A stretch of DNA of 64,000 nucleotides from an uncultured Myxococcota bacterium (GCA_964196455.1 CAXMUJ010000215.1:5405-69404), one strand, 5' to 3'; shown: positions 11,332-21,616, numbered from the stretch's first letter. Numbers and translations: made by a program. Notes: a model not told the origin generated them from the letters alone.

Positions 11332-11514
11332 AGAAGCCGGTGATTTGGGTCATTTGCGCGCCATACTGGATCAAACCAAAAGACTTGACCGGCGGCACTT
11401 GCGCGCGATGTCTACTAGCAATTTCCGGAACGCATTTGGCACGATGCGGCACCAACCCCTCGGGCTGGCGACGCGTTTCACTCAAATACTCTGGATGCGC
11501 GGCCGCCCGGCCTG

Positions 11515-11814
11515 CTATTTTTTGTCGGCAGGCTTCGGGGATGCTTTTTTGGCCGCTGGTTTTCTGGCCGGTTTGGACTTGGCTTCAAGTGCTTCAATCC
11601 GGGCCAACAGGGCCGCATTTTCTTCGCGGGCTTTCTGGGCCATCGCCAAAACGGCGTCGAATTCTTCGCGTGCCACGAAATCGCGATCTGCCAACCAGCG
11701 CTCTATCATCCCGTTGAAAGCAGTCTCTGCTTCGCCTTTGGCACCCTGAGCCACGCCCATTGCATTGGTCATCAGCTGAGAGATGTCTTCCATGATTTTA
11801 TTGCGCGTTTGCAT
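11515..11814 (-). CDS. ubiK: accessory factor UbiK family protein (BMFP/YqiC-like coiled-coil protein)
   Basis: The 99-aa ORF contains MEDISQLMTNAMGVAQG...RDFVAREEFDAV...RIEALEAK and a Lys-rich tail. Confidence 0.75.
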   Translation of the reverse strand: MQTRNKIMEDISQLMTNAMGVAQGAKGEAETAFNGMIERWLADRDFVAREEFDAVLAMAQKAREENAALLARIEALEAKSKPARKPAAKKASPKPADKK

Positions 11815-11932
11815 TTTCGGCTCCGTTACAAGTTGTATCCTCTATATGGACACTCCCATGACATTTGCCAAGGCGGGTGTTGACAAATAGCACTGCAGAT
11901 AGAAGGAAGAGATCAACCAAAAGGCGCGACAA

Positions 11933-12835
11933 ATGACTGCACTGCTTCCGTTTCCCGACATTGATCCCGTACTATTCGCGGTAGAGGTTTTTGGCTTTAC
12001 GCTGGCCATTCGGTGGTATGCGCTGGCTTATATTGCCGGTTTCATTCTGGCATGGCGCTGGATGGTGCGATTGATGCGGCGCCAAACGCTTTGGCCAAAC
12101 AACAACGCGCCAATGCAACCCGAACAGGTTGAAGATCTGCTGTCATGGATGATCATCGGCACAATTTTGGGTGGCCGGATTGGCTATGTCCTGTTCTATC
12201 GACCCGATATGATTTTAGGCGACCCAGCTGGAATAATCCGCGTGTGGGAAGGCGGCATGTCCTTCCACGGTGGATTTATCGGGGTGATTCTAACCAGCTT
12301 GCTCTATTGCCGGCTGAAATCTCTGTCGGCTTGGTCCGTGGGGGATGCGATTGCCTTTGCGGCGCCGTTCGGGCTGTTTCTGGGCCGGATCGCAAATTTC
12401 ATCAACGCCGAATTATGGGGCCGTCCGACAGATGTGCCTTGGGCTGTGGTTTTTCCAACTCAGGCGGCGCAAAACTGTCCGATCTGGTGGTTAGAGGAAC
12501 ACTGCAGCCGCCACCCGTCCCAGCTCTACGAAGCCTTGCTCGAGGGGCTTGTCCTGTTCGGCATCATGCTGACTTTGGCGTTCACCTTTCGGGCTCTGAA
12601 ACGTCCCGGTGTGATTATCGGTGTATTTTTTGCCGGGTATGGATTGGCGCGCGTGATTGTCGAGACCTATCGTCAGGCGGACGCACAATATGTCGAGGCC
12701 GGCAATCCTATGGGGCATGTGATCCGGTTTGGAGCGGAATGGACCAGCGCCGGCTTGACCATGGGTCAGGTTCTGTCGATCCCGATGGTTTTGATCGGGC
12801 TGGGATTAATCGCGGCGCGGTGGAACGCAAGATGA
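11933..12835 (+). CDS. lgt: prolipoprotein diacylglyceryl transferase
   Basis: The 300-aa polytopic protein contains IRWYALAYI, GGRIGYVLFY, GGMSFHGG and GRIANFINAELWGRPT. Confidence 0.92.
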   Translation: MTALLPFPDIDPVLFAVEVFGFTLAIRWYALAYIAGFILAWRWMVRLMRRQTLWPNNNAPMQPEQVEDLLSWMIIGTILGGRIGYVLFYRPDMILGDPAGIIRVWEGGMSFHGGFIGVILTSLLYCRLKSLSAWSVGDAIAFAAPFGLFLGRIANFINAELWGRPTDVPWAVVFPTQAAQNCPIWWLEEHCSRHPSQLYEALLEGLVLFGIMLTLAFTFRALKRPGVIIGVFFAGYGLARVIVETYRQADAQYVEAGNPMGHVIRFGAEWTSAGLTMGQVLSIPMVLIGLGLIAARWNAR

Positions 12836-13926
12836 CATTGTTGACCAAACGGTTGATATCGCAGGTAGAAAAATCCGGTGCCCTGTCTATTGCAGAATAC
12901 ATGACGATTTGCCTGCTCGACCCGAAACACGGTTATTATACGCGGCAACAACCCTTTGGCAGCAGCGGCGATTTTGTTACCGCCCCGGAAGTGAGCCAGA
13001 TGTTCGGCGAATTGCTGGGATTGGCACTTGCTCAAAGCTGGCTGGACCAAGGTGCACCTGCACCGTTTATACTGGCCGAACTTGGTCCCGGGCGCGGCAC
13101 GTTGATGTCCGATGTGCTCCGCGCGACCAAATCCGTATCTGGATTTCAAGAGGCCGCCGATATCTGGCTGGTCGAGGCAAGTCCGGCTCTGCAAGACACA
13201 CAACGCGCGCATCTGGCCGAACATCATCCAAACCTACATTGGGCCGACAGCCTTGACGCCGTTCCGGACGGGCCGCTGTTTCTGATCGCCAACGAGTTTT
13301 TCGACTGCATGCCAATACGTCAGTATCGCCGCACAGAACTGGGTTGGCAGGAACAAATGATCACGGCCAAGGACGGCGCACTTGGGTTTATGCTGGGACG
13401 GCCACTGCCCGATCAAGCAGTTCCAGACCGCGCACGCAAGCTGGCACCGGGGTCGATGATCGAAACCAGTGCTGCCAGCGCCGCCGTGGCCGAGGACATC
13501 GCGCGACGTATCGGCAGGTCGGCAGGGGCTGCGATTATCGTCGACTATGGCGACTGGGACAGCAGCAGCGACACGCTACAGGCAGTCAAAGCGCACAAGA
13601 AAGTCGGGGCCCTTGATCATCCGGGACGCTCGGACCTGACTGCCCATGTCAGTTTTTCAGAGCTGGCGAATGCCGCCCAACCTTTTGCCGCCGTTTCCGA
13701 ATTGACCGATCAAGCCAGCCTGTTGGCAGCACTCGGCATTGTTCACAGAGCACAGGCACTGGCGGTCGAAATGGATCAATCGCAAGAAGAAAAGCATGTC
13801 GCCGCATTTCAACGCTTGACCGATGCCGACCAAATGGGGCAGCTTTTCAAAGCAATTTCAATTTTTCCTCAACACGGCATGCCGCCACCAGGATTTACAC
13901 ATGACACTCGAGATCCTGACCTCTGA
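12832..13926 (+). CDS. class I SAM-dependent methyltransferase, MidA/NDUFAF7 (DUF185) family
   Basis: MTLLTKRL...YYTRQQPFGSSGDFVTAPEVSQMFGELLG is present. The ATG overlaps the lgt stop (ATGA). The 593-aa track ORF starting at 12145 is this frame staying open backwards through lgt. Confidence 0.85.
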   Translation: MTLLTKRLISQVEKSGALSIAEYMTICLLDPKHGYYTRQQPFGSSGDFVTAPEVSQMFGELLGLALAQSWLDQGAPAPFILAELGPGRGTLMSDVLRATKSVSGFQEAADIWLVEASPALQDTQRAHLAEHHPNLHWADSLDAVPDGPLFLIANEFFDCMPIRQYRRTELGWQEQMITAKDGALGFMLGRPLPDQAVPDRARKLAPGSMIETSAASAAVAEDIARRIGRSAGAAIIVDYGDWDSSSDTLQAVKAHKKVGALDHPGRSDLTAHVSFSELANAAQPFAAVSELTDQASLLAALGIVHRAQALAVEMDQSQEEKHVAAFQRLTDADQMGQLFKAISIFPQHGMPPPGFTHDTRDPDL

Positions 13927-14665
13927 CACGCTTGCGCCAACGCGCCACGGGTTCTTTACCAGACGCGGCGGCGTATCATCCGGCGTTTTCAAGGGCCTGA
14001 ATTGCGGGCTGGGATCTAGCGATCAAAAGGACGTCGTACTTTTGAACCGGGCGCTGGTGGCCGAAGCTATGAGCACAACTGCCGACAGATTAATGTCGGT
14101 GCATCAGATCCATTCAAGTGATGTTGTTGTGGTCGAGGGGCCATCGACACGCCCGCCGCCGCGCGCCGACGCCATGGTCACCGCAACCCGGGGTATCGCC
14201 CTGTCAATCCTGACCGCGGATTGCGCTCCTATTTTGTTTGCCGATGCCAAAGCCGGCGTCGTGGGCACGGCGCATGCAGGTTGGAAAGGCGCCTTATCCG
14301 GAGTGATCGCAGCGACCATTGACGCAATGGAGACGCTGGGTGGACACCGCGAAGACATATCGGCGACCATTGGCCCGTGCATCAGTCAGCGCAACTACGA
14401 AGTCGGGCCGGAATTCTTTGACAATTTCACGGCCCAGGACACGGGTTTTGCGCGGTTTTTTGCGCAGGGAAAAAACGACCATTTTCAATTCGATCTGCCG
14501 TCATTTTGCCTGCAACAACTGCGCGATGCCAATGTTGGCAGCGCCAACTGGACCGGTCACTGCACATATGCCGACCCCGACCGTTTCTATTCCTACCGAC
14601 GCGCGACCCACTTGAAAGAAGCCGACTATGGCCGGTTGATTTCTGGCATATCACTCGACGTTTAG
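13901..14665 (+). CDS. pgeF: YfiH/PgeF family protein (laccase-domain / purine nucleoside phosphorylase, DUF152)
   Basis: MTLEILTSD...HGFFTRRGGVS...VHQIHS...TADCAPILF...AHAGWKG...CTY is present. It overlaps the 3' end of the MidA-like gene. Confidence 0.85.
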   Translation: MTLEILTSDTLAPTRHGFFTRRGGVSSGVFKGLNCGLGSSDQKDVVLLNRALVAEAMSTTADRLMSVHQIHSSDVVVVEGPSTRPPPRADAMVTATRGIALSILTADCAPILFADAKAGVVGTAHAGWKGALSGVIAATIDAMETLGGHREDISATIGPCISQRNYEVGPEFFDNFTAQDTGFARFFAQGKNDHFQFDLPSFCLQQLRDANVGSANWTGHCTYADPDRFYSYRRATHLKEADYGRLISGISLDV

Positions 14666-14718
14666 TGGCACAGCGCACGCGCTTGCAAGTTTAGTCGCGC
14701 AGCGCACGCGCTTCCAGC
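14661..14718. repeat. 29-bp imperfect tandem duplication at the pgeF/lrp convergent junction
   Basis: TTTAGTGGCACAGCGCACGCGCTTGCAAG (14661-14689) is followed by TTTAGTCGCGCAGCGCACGCGCTTCCAGC (14690-14718), with 24/29 identical by my count. Copy 2 encodes the Lrp C-terminus plus its stop. Copy 1 contains the pgeF stop. Confidence 0.8.
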
Positions 14719-15188
14719 ACATCAAACGGAATTCCTGGTTCATCCTTGGACTTACGGATTACCAGCGAGGTTTTCACACTGGCAACATTGTCGGCAGAGG
14801 TCAGCTCTTCTGTTAGAAAACTTTGAAACGTCGACAAATCCGGTGAAACACATTTTAGAATAAAATCAATTTCGCCATTCAGCATGTGGCATTCGCGAAC
14901 CAACGGCCATTGCCGGCATTTTTCTTCAAAAGCCGACAAATCCGACTCGGCCTGCGAACTCAGCCCAACCATGGCAAAGACCTTTACCTCGAAACCGAGT
15001 TCGGTCTCGTCGACGACGGCGTGATAGTTCTGGATCAAGCCTTTTTCTTCCAATGCGCGGACACGGCGCAAACAGGGCGGCGCGGAAATCCCTACAACCT
15101 TGGCCAGATCGACGTTGGTCATACGGCCACTCGCCTGTAGCTCTGCCAGAATTTTGCGATCTATCGCGTCAAGTTTAACGGTTGCCAT
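14691..15188 (-). CDS. Lrp/AsnC family transcriptional regulator
   Basis: The 165-aa ORF contains LDAIDRKILAELQASGRMTNVDLAKVVGISAPPCLRRVRALEEKGLI (HTH) plus a C-terminal RAM/AsnC domain. Confidence 0.9.
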   Translation of the reverse strand: MATVKLDAIDRKILAELQASGRMTNVDLAKVVGISAPPCLRRVRALEEKGLIQNYHAVVDETELGFEVKVFAMVGLSSQAESDLSAFEEKCRQWPLVRECHMLNGEIDFILKCVSPDLSTFQSFLTEELTSADNVASVKTSLVIRKSKDEPGIPFDVLEARALRD

Positions 15189-15376
15189 AAAATGTTCCTT
15201 GCAGCAAACAAGCTACTGTATCGCGCCAAGTTGCGCAACAATATTTCACAACTGCGCAAGAAAGTATCCGACACAAGCCTGTCTCCAAGGCAGATCAACT
15301 TTTTGTCACTTGGACCCCTGTTCGGGTTTCCCTCGGGCGCAAGCCTCACTATACAGATGCGACCGAAATTTCATAA

Positions 15377-16330
<954 letters not shown>

Positions 16331-16445
16331 TTTTCCAGCCAGTCTCATTTTCTGACAAAACCGTCCCCTTTTAACAGCGCTATCTTGCTTTTCTTGGAAC
16401 AAACTGTATTCGGGGAAGAGAATTCCCAAACGCCAAGAGAGCGCC

Positions 16446-18152
16446 ATGATTGCTGATAACCTTCTGCCTGTTCCCGAACTCTATGCAGCCTTTGACCAAG
16501 CGGGTCGGCTGAAATCCGAAGCCGCAGACCTGCCAAGTTGGGATATGACCGCGCGCCAAATCTGTGATCTGGAGCTGTTGATGAACGGCGGGTTTTATCC
16601 GCTGAAGGGATTTTTGGGCCAAGACGACTATGTTAGCGTCGTTGAAAACATGCGGTTGGCGGATGGCGCATTGTGGCCGATGCCGATTACCTTGGATGTG
16701 TCACAGGATTTTGCCGACGGGGTAAAGTCCGGCGACAAGATTGCCCTGCGCGACCAAGAAGGTGTCATTCTGGCGACGCTGGAAATCTCGGATGCGTATT
16801 CACCGGACAAGACCCGCGAAGCAGAACAGGTGTTTGGCTCCAACGACCAGACCCATCCGGCAGTGAACTATTTGCACAATGTCGCAGGCGCCGTTTATCT
16901 GGGCGGCAAAATCACCGGCATCCAACAAGCGGTACACTATGATTTTCGCGCCCGTCGCGACAGCCCGAACGAGCTGCGGTCCTATTTCCGTAAAGTCGGT
17001 TGGCGGCGCATTGTCGCCTTTCAAACCCGCAATCCGCTGCACCGCGCCCATCAGGAACTGACGTTTCGCGCTGCCAAAGAAGCACAGGCCAACCTGTTGA
17101 TCCATCCGGTTGTGGGTCTGACCAAGCCCGGCGACGTCGACCATTTTACCCGCGTGCGCTGTTACGAGGCGGTTCTGGACAAATACCCCCAGTCAACCAC
17201 GACGATGAGCCTGCTGAACCTTGCCATGCGCATGGCCGGCCCGCGCGAGGCAGTCTGGCACGGTTTGATCCGCAAGAACCACGGCTGTACGCATATGATT
17301 GTCGGTCGCGATCACGCCGGCCCGGGCCAGAACTCTGCCGGCGACGATTTTTATGGTGCGTATGATGCGCAGGTCCTGTTTCGCGAACATCAGGACGAAA
17401 TGGGCATCGAAATGGTCGACTTCAAACACATGGTCTATGTGCAGGAACGCGCCCAGTACGAACCTGCCGACGAGATTGAAGACGGCGTATCGGTGCTAAA
17501 TATCTCAGGAACCGAACTACGCCGCCGCTTGGCCGAGGGTCTGGAAATTCCGGATTGGTTTTCCTTTCCCGAAGTGGTCAAAGAGCTGCGACGCACCCGT
17601 CCGCCACGGTCAAAACAAGGTTTTTCGGTGTTTTTCACCGGTTTTTCCGGATCTGGCAAATCCACCATAGCCAATGCGTTGATGGTCAAGCTGATGGAAA
17701 TGGGCGGCCGCCCTGTGACCCTGCTGGACGGCGATATTGTGCGCAAAAATCTGTCGTCCGAGCTGGGGTTTTCCAAAGAGCACCGCGACCTGAACATCCG
17801 CCGCATCGGCTATGTGGCCTCTGAAATTACCAAAAACGGCGGCATCGCCATCTGCGCGCCGATCGCGCCCTACGCCACCACACGACGCGCTGTGCGCCAA
17901 GATGTCGAGGCCTTTGGCGCCTTTATCGAGGTCCATGTCGCAACCAGCATCGAGGAATGCGAACGCCGCGACCGCAAGGGGCTGTACAAACAGGCGCGCG
18001 CCGGAAAGATCAAGGAATTCACAGGGATTTCAGACCCCTATGATGTTCCCGCCGATCCAGAACTGAGCATCGACACCGAGAATGTCGACGTCGATAACTG
18101 TGCCCATCAGGTGATCCTGAAGCTCGAAAGCATGGGGTTGATTGCGGGCTAG
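16446..18152 (+). CDS. bifunctional sulfate adenylyltransferase / adenylylsulfate kinase
   Basis: The 568-aa ORF has an ATP-sulfurylase core (QTRNPLHRAH, GRDHAGPG) fused to a C-terminal APS kinase (FFTGFSGSGKSTIANAL). Confidence 0.93.
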   Translation: MIADNLLPVPELYAAFDQAGRLKSEAADLPSWDMTARQICDLELLMNGGFYPLKGFLGQDDYVSVVENMRLADGALWPMPITLDVSQDFADGVKSGDKIALRDQEGVILATLEISDAYSPDKTREAEQVFGSNDQTHPAVNYLHNVAGAVYLGGKITGIQQAVHYDFRARRDSPNELRSYFRKVGWRRIVAFQTRNPLHRAHQELTFRAAKEAQANLLIHPVVGLTKPGDVDHFTRVRCYEAVLDKYPQSTTTMSLLNLAMRMAGPREAVWHGLIRKNHGCTHMIVGRDHAGPGQNSAGDDFYGAYDAQVLFREHQDEMGIEMVDFKHMVYVQERAQYEPADEIEDGVSVLNISGTELRRRLAEGLEIPDWFSFPEVVKELRRTRPPRSKQGFSVFFTGFSGSGKSTIANALMVKLMEMGGRPVTLLDGDIVRKNLSSELGFSKEHRDLNIRRIGYVASEITKNGGIAICAPIAPYATTRRAVRQDVEAFGAFIEVHVATSIEECERRDRKGLYKQARAGKIKEFTGISDPYDVPADPELSIDTENVDVDNCAHQVILKLESMGLIAG

Positions 18153-18219
18153 GTGCGCGCAGCTAGCAATAGACGAGATAACGGTCCGACATCCGTGTTG
18201 GGCCTTTTTAATTCTGCCC

Positions 18220-18675
18220 CTATTCGCGAGTATCACCAAAGCCACGGCTAAATGGAAATTGGCTAATCAAATAGAACAGGGAAACGGAGAGGATTGCGCA
18301 GACTAGGAATGCCATGGTCAGCAACCACAAGTGATCGTCATTCAACGCTAGTCCTCCATCCAGTACATAGAGAACCACACCCGTCACAACGAACTGAAGC
18401 ACCGTGCAGACCAATGCAAAGCCGAGGTAGGGCAAAAATCTGACCACACTCGTCGGCTTTTGAAACAAGATATACGCCGGAATGCCGAGCACGACCGCCG
18501 ATCCATATCCCACCAACAGTCCGAGACCAAAAAAGACCCCCAAGAAATCAATGTCCCAGAACGCATAGCGAAAAACCACTGCCAGGATCGGAAAAACCAT
18601 CGGCGCAATGACGAAAGCAATTGCCACGCGTGCTCGGGATCTGGGGTTTTGTGACCTAGCTGCCGTCTTCACCAC
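18220..18675 (-). CDS. hypothetical integral membrane protein (about 4 TM helices)
   Basis: The 151-aa ORF has four hydrophobic stretches and I recognise no family. By eye it is more AT-rich than its neighbours. Confidence 0.45.
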   Translation of the reverse strand: MVKTAARSQNPRSRARVAIAFVIAPMVFPILAVVFRYAFWDIDFLGVFFGLGLLVGYGSAVVLGIPAYILFQKPTSVVRFLPYLGFALVCTVLQFVVTGVVLYVLDGGLALNDDHLWLLTMAFLVCAILSVSLFYLISQFPFSRGFGDTRE

Positions 18676-18695
18676 CTGATCCTGACGTCTTTATC

Positions 18696-18923
18696 CTAAT
18701 GCACGCTCACCGGTTCAAAATTGTTGGTCCGGGCGACAGCAAATGCCATGGCGCGGTCTTTGACCAGCGCCAGACGCTCGCCGCTTTCATCGTGAATGGC
18801 GTACAGGATCGCACGACGCCCAACTTTGGCTTTGATATCATCGGGCAGCTCTGCCCGCGGAACGGAACGTACATAGACAATCCGGTCTTCCAGATCGTCG
18901 AGAATTTCAACTTTGGTATCCAC
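18696..18923 (-). CDS. DUF1150 family protein
   Basis: The 75-aa ORF contains IVYVRSV...LYAIHDESGERLALVKDRAMAFAVAR. This is the usual small partner downstream of hsp20 in Alphaproteobacteria. Confidence 0.7.
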   Translation of the reverse strand: MDTKVEILDDLEDRIVYVRSVPRAELPDDIKAKVGRRAILYAIHDESGERLALVKDRAMAFAVARTNNFEPVSVH

Positions 18924-18932
18924 GATATGCCC

Positions 18933-19346
18933 CTAGCTCTGCTTGATTTGTATGTTTTGAACGACGGTCTCGGGAATGGCTCGGTCAAGATCCACATGCA
19001 GCAGCCCGTTTTCCATGGACGCGCCGCCAACCTCTACACCATCGGCCAGCACAAAGGTGCGCTGGAACTGTCGCGCGGCAATGCCACGGTGCAGAAACAC
19101 GCGCCCGTCCAGATCGTCGACTTGCCGTCCTCGGATCACCAGCTGGCTGTTTTCCAGCGTGATCGACAGATCCTCTTCGCGAAAACCGGCCACGGCCAGC
19201 GTAATACGATAAGACGCTTCCGAACTTTGTTCGATATTGTAGGGTGGATAACCTTCATTCCCGGTTTTTGCGGTCCGCTCGACCAGACGGTCCAGCTGTT
19301 CAAAACCCAATAGAAACGGGTGCGAGGCGAAAGATATTTTGCTCAT
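18933..19346 (-). CDS. Hsp20/alpha-crystallin family small heat-shock protein (IbpA-like)
   Basis: MSKISFASHPFLLGFEQLDRLV...YPPYNIEQ...YRITLAVAGF...RGIAARQFQRTF is present. The ATG at 19346 is preferred over the upstream track start at 19442 because a sigma-32-type promoter lies inside that extension. Confidence 0.88.
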   Translation of the reverse strand: MSKISFASHPFLLGFEQLDRLVERTAKTGNEGYPPYNIEQSSEASYRITLAVAGFREEDLSITLENSQLVIRGRQVDDLDGRVFLHRGIAARQFQRTFVLADGVEVGGASMENGLLHVDLDRAIPETVVQNIQIKQS

Positions 19347-19408
19347 AGTAAAGCCCTTTGAGAAGCGACTTGCAGTATTCGGCCCCATCATTGGCGACCT
19401 GAATAGAA

Positions 19409-19437
19409 TATGGGGGCTAATTGCCGAATTCTCAAGG
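19409..19437 (-). promoter_or_regulatory. sigma-32 (RpoH)-type promoter of hsp20-DUF1150
   Basis: The minus strand reads CTTGAG-N14-CCCCCATAT, about 60 nt upstream of the hsp20 ATG. This is close to the CTTGAA-N13-15-CCCCATNT consensus. Confidence 0.65.
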
Positions 19438-19513
19438 TCCATTGTCGGCTTAAACCTTTCGGAAACGGTTCAGTGTGTTAAAATGCCGGAAAATAGGGCG
19501 ATAACGGGCGAAA

Positions 19514-19744
19514 ATGAACAAATCACCAAAAATGGACGGCCAAATGAACCGCAAAGAAGTTTTGCGCGTTGAACTGGCAACCTTGAAAATGGAACATCAG
19601 GATCTGGACGAGGCAATTGCCGCCCTGCATGGAACCCTGTATCCGGATTTACTGCGCATGCAGCGGCTCAAACGTCAAAAACTGGCGCTAAAGGATCAGA
19701 TACGCCGGCTCGAAGACGAAATAACACCGGATATTATTGCATAG
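19514..19744 (+). CDS. YdcH/DUF465 family protein
   Basis: The 76-aa ORF contains LKMEHQDLDEAI...LRMQRLKRQKLALKDQIRRLE, typical of DUF465. The start could instead be one of the in-frame ATGs a few codons downstream. Confidence 0.7.
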   Translation: MNKSPKMDGQMNRKEVLRVELATLKMEHQDLDEAIAALHGTLYPDLLRMQRLKRQKLALKDQIRRLEDEITPDIIA

Positions 19745-19813
19745 ATTGACCGTTGTAAGCGGGCCGATTTTTGGTATATTGCGCTCTTTCTGACGCCAAA
19801 AAGGGCCATAGCG

Positions 19814-20305
19814 ATGAGCGACAACATCAAAGTTGGAATTATTATGGGAAGTCAGTCCGACTGGCCGACGATGAAGCTGGCCGCGGACATCCTGACCGAA
19901 TTGAACGTCCCGCACGAGGTCAAGATCGTTTCGGCCCATCGCACGCCCGACCGGCTGTGGTCTTATGGGAAAGCCGCCGTTGATCGCGGGCTTCAGGTGA
20001 TTATTGCAGGCGCTGGCGGTGCGGCCCACCTGCCCGGAATGATGGCGTCTAAAACCCGGGTTCCGGTTCTGGGCGTACCGATACAAACGCGGGCGCTGTC
20101 GGGTGTCGACAGCCTCTATTCCATTGTTCAAATGCCCAAAGGCTTTCCGGTTGGAACCATGGCCATTGGGGCTGCGGGGGCCGCGAATGCCGGCCTGATG
20201 GCAGCTGCCATTCTGGCAAATTCCGATCCGGCACTGGCTGGCCGTCTGGACGCATGGCGTGCCGCCTTGTCGAACTCTATTGCGGATGAGCCAACCAATG
20301 ACTAG
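19814..20305 (+). CDS. purE: 5-(carboxyamino)imidazole ribonucleotide mutase
   Basis: [14 protein letters not shown]...[10 protein letters not shown]...[14 protein letters not shown] is present. Confidence 0.95.
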   Translation: MSDNIKVGIIMGSQSDWPTMKLAADILTELNVPHEVKIVSAHRTPDRLWSYGKAAVDRGLQVIIAGAGGAAHLPGMMASKTRVPVLGVPIQTRALSGVDSLYSIVQMPKGFPVGTMAIGAAGAANAGLMAAAILANSDPALAGRLDAWRAALSNSIADEPTND

Positions 20306-21371
20306 CCCGCTGCTGCCCGGCTCGACCATCGGTATTCTGGGCGGTGGCCAATTGGGCCGAATGCTGTCTGTTGCAGCGGCGCGTCTTGGCCTGAAAACCC
20401 ATATTTTTGAGCCCGGTGCCAACCCGCCTGCCGGTCAAGTCGCCGATGCGGTGACCACCGCGCCCTATGACGATCACGATGCGCTGCGCCGGTTTGCAAC
20501 CCGTGTCGACATTATCACCTTCGAGTTCGAGAATATTCCGGCCGAGGCGCTGGACGTGCTGGAAACGCTTTGTCCGGTTCTGCCAAATCGCCGTGCTCTG
20601 TCGACGTCGCAAGACCGGATCGTCGAGAAAAAATTTCTGACAGATCTGGGCCTGAAGGTCGCGCCCTTTGCCAATGTAGAGACTTCCGAAAATCTGTCCT
20701 ATGCCATTGAAACTGTTGGTGTTCCATCGATCCTGAAGACCCGCCGTTTTGGCTATGATGGCAAAGGTCAGGCGCGCTTGAAAAACACCGCCGACGCGCA
20801 ATCGGCATGGGACGCACTGGGCAATACGCCCTGCGTGCTGGAAGGTTTTGTTGATTTCGGGCGCGAGGTTTCGGTCATCGGTGCCCGGTCGAAATCTGGC
20901 GAAGTGGTGTGTTTTGATCCCGGTGAAAATGTGCATCGCAACGGCATTCTGCACATGACCACTGTCCCGGCATCGCTGAAATCTGGCCAACGCATGGACG
21001 CGGTGATCCTGACCGGTCAAATTCTGAACGCGCTGGACTATGTTGGCGTCATGGGGGTCGAGTTGTTTGTAACGCCGCAGGGTTTGATCATAAACGAGAT
21101 TGCGCCGCGAGTGCACAATTCCGGTCACTGGACACAAAACGGCTGTGTGATCGACCAGTTTGAACAACATATACGCGCCGTGGCGGGCTGGCCCTTGGGT
21201 GACGGCAAACGCCATTCCAATACAGTGATGACAAACCTGATCGGGACAGAGGCAAACAACGTCGGGGCGCTGGCAAAAGATGCTTCTATTGGCATTCATC
21301 TTTACGGCAAGGCCGAAGCCAAATCGGGCCGAAAGATGGGCCATATCAACAAGATCACCGGCGCGGCCTAG
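20286..21371 (+). CDS. purK: 5-(carboxyamino)imidazole ribonucleotide synthase
   Basis: [12 protein letters not shown] and an ATP-grasp core ([13 protein letters not shown]) are present. The start is the ATG at 20286 or 20298, either of which overlaps the purE end. Confidence 0.93.
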   Translation: MSQPMTSPLLPGSTIGILGGGQLGRMLSVAAARLGLKTHIFEPGANPPAGQVADAVTTAPYDDHDALRRFATRVDIITFEFENIPAEALDVLETLCPVLPNRRALSTSQDRIVEKKFLTDLGLKVAPFANVETSENLSYAIETVGVPSILKTRRFGYDGKGQARLKNTADAQSAWDALGNTPCVLEGFVDFGREVSVIGARSKSGEVVCFDPGENVHRNGILHMTTVPASLKSGQRMDAVILTGQILNALDYVGVMGVELFVTPQGLIINEIAPRVHNSGHWTQNGCVIDQFEQHIRAVAGWPLGDGKRHSNTVMTNLIGTEANNVGALAKDASIGIHLYGKAEAKSGRKMGHINKITGAA

Positions 21372-21616
21372 GGATTAGTAACGGGCTTGGTGTCGGAGAT
21401 CATCGTCGCCAACAGCACGCCTCCCAGCGCAATCGGAAAGCCCACCAGGTGATAGATCGCCAGACGCTCGCCCAGAAAGACGAACGAAAAAACCGCACCA
21501 AACACTGGCATAAGATGTAGGAAATATATCGTTTTGGATGGTCCGATCCGCGCCACCGCCGCATTGAACGCTAACAGCGCCAACGCGATCCAGCCAGCCC
21601 GGTGTTCGCCCGAAGG
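21368..21616 (-). pseudogene. C-terminal remnant of a DMT/EamA-family transporter
   Basis: The frame is open for only 82 codons: HRAGWIALALLAFNAAVARIGPSKTIYFLHLMPVFGAVFSFVFLGERL...GGVLLATM. That equals the last 2-3 TM helices of a 10-TM EamA protein. An in-frame stop lies 8 nt after the stop of the upstream hydrolase gene, and there is no ATG start (TTG only). Confidence 0.55.

Noticed and set aside
11151-11514. Possible chromosomal replication origin (DnaA boxes plus AT-rich DNA).
   Set aside because: Only two good boxes are present. The highly expressed groESL, atpHAGDC and ileS genes to the right are all on the minus strand, so they would be lagging-strand encoded if replication started here. 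No dnaA, hemE or parAB landmark is nearby. I kept it as a regulatory or sRNA candidate instead.
12145-13926. A 593-aa plus-strand ORF, the longest unassigned-looking ORF in this part of the track.
   Set aside because: Its first 229 codons are simply the MidA-like gene's frame staying open backwards through lgt, a high-GC effect. The N-terminal part (MDDHRHNFGWPDWLCPVLSTRYDF...) is Arg/Gly/Cys-rich nonsense. The recognisable protein begins at the ATG at 12832, which overlaps the lgt stop.
19347-19408. A ROSE-type RNA thermometer in the hsp20 leader.
   Set aside because: I could not find the characteristic hairpin that pairs a U(U/C)GCU anti-SD segment with the Shine-Dalgarno sequence. Only the RpoH-type promoter is supported.
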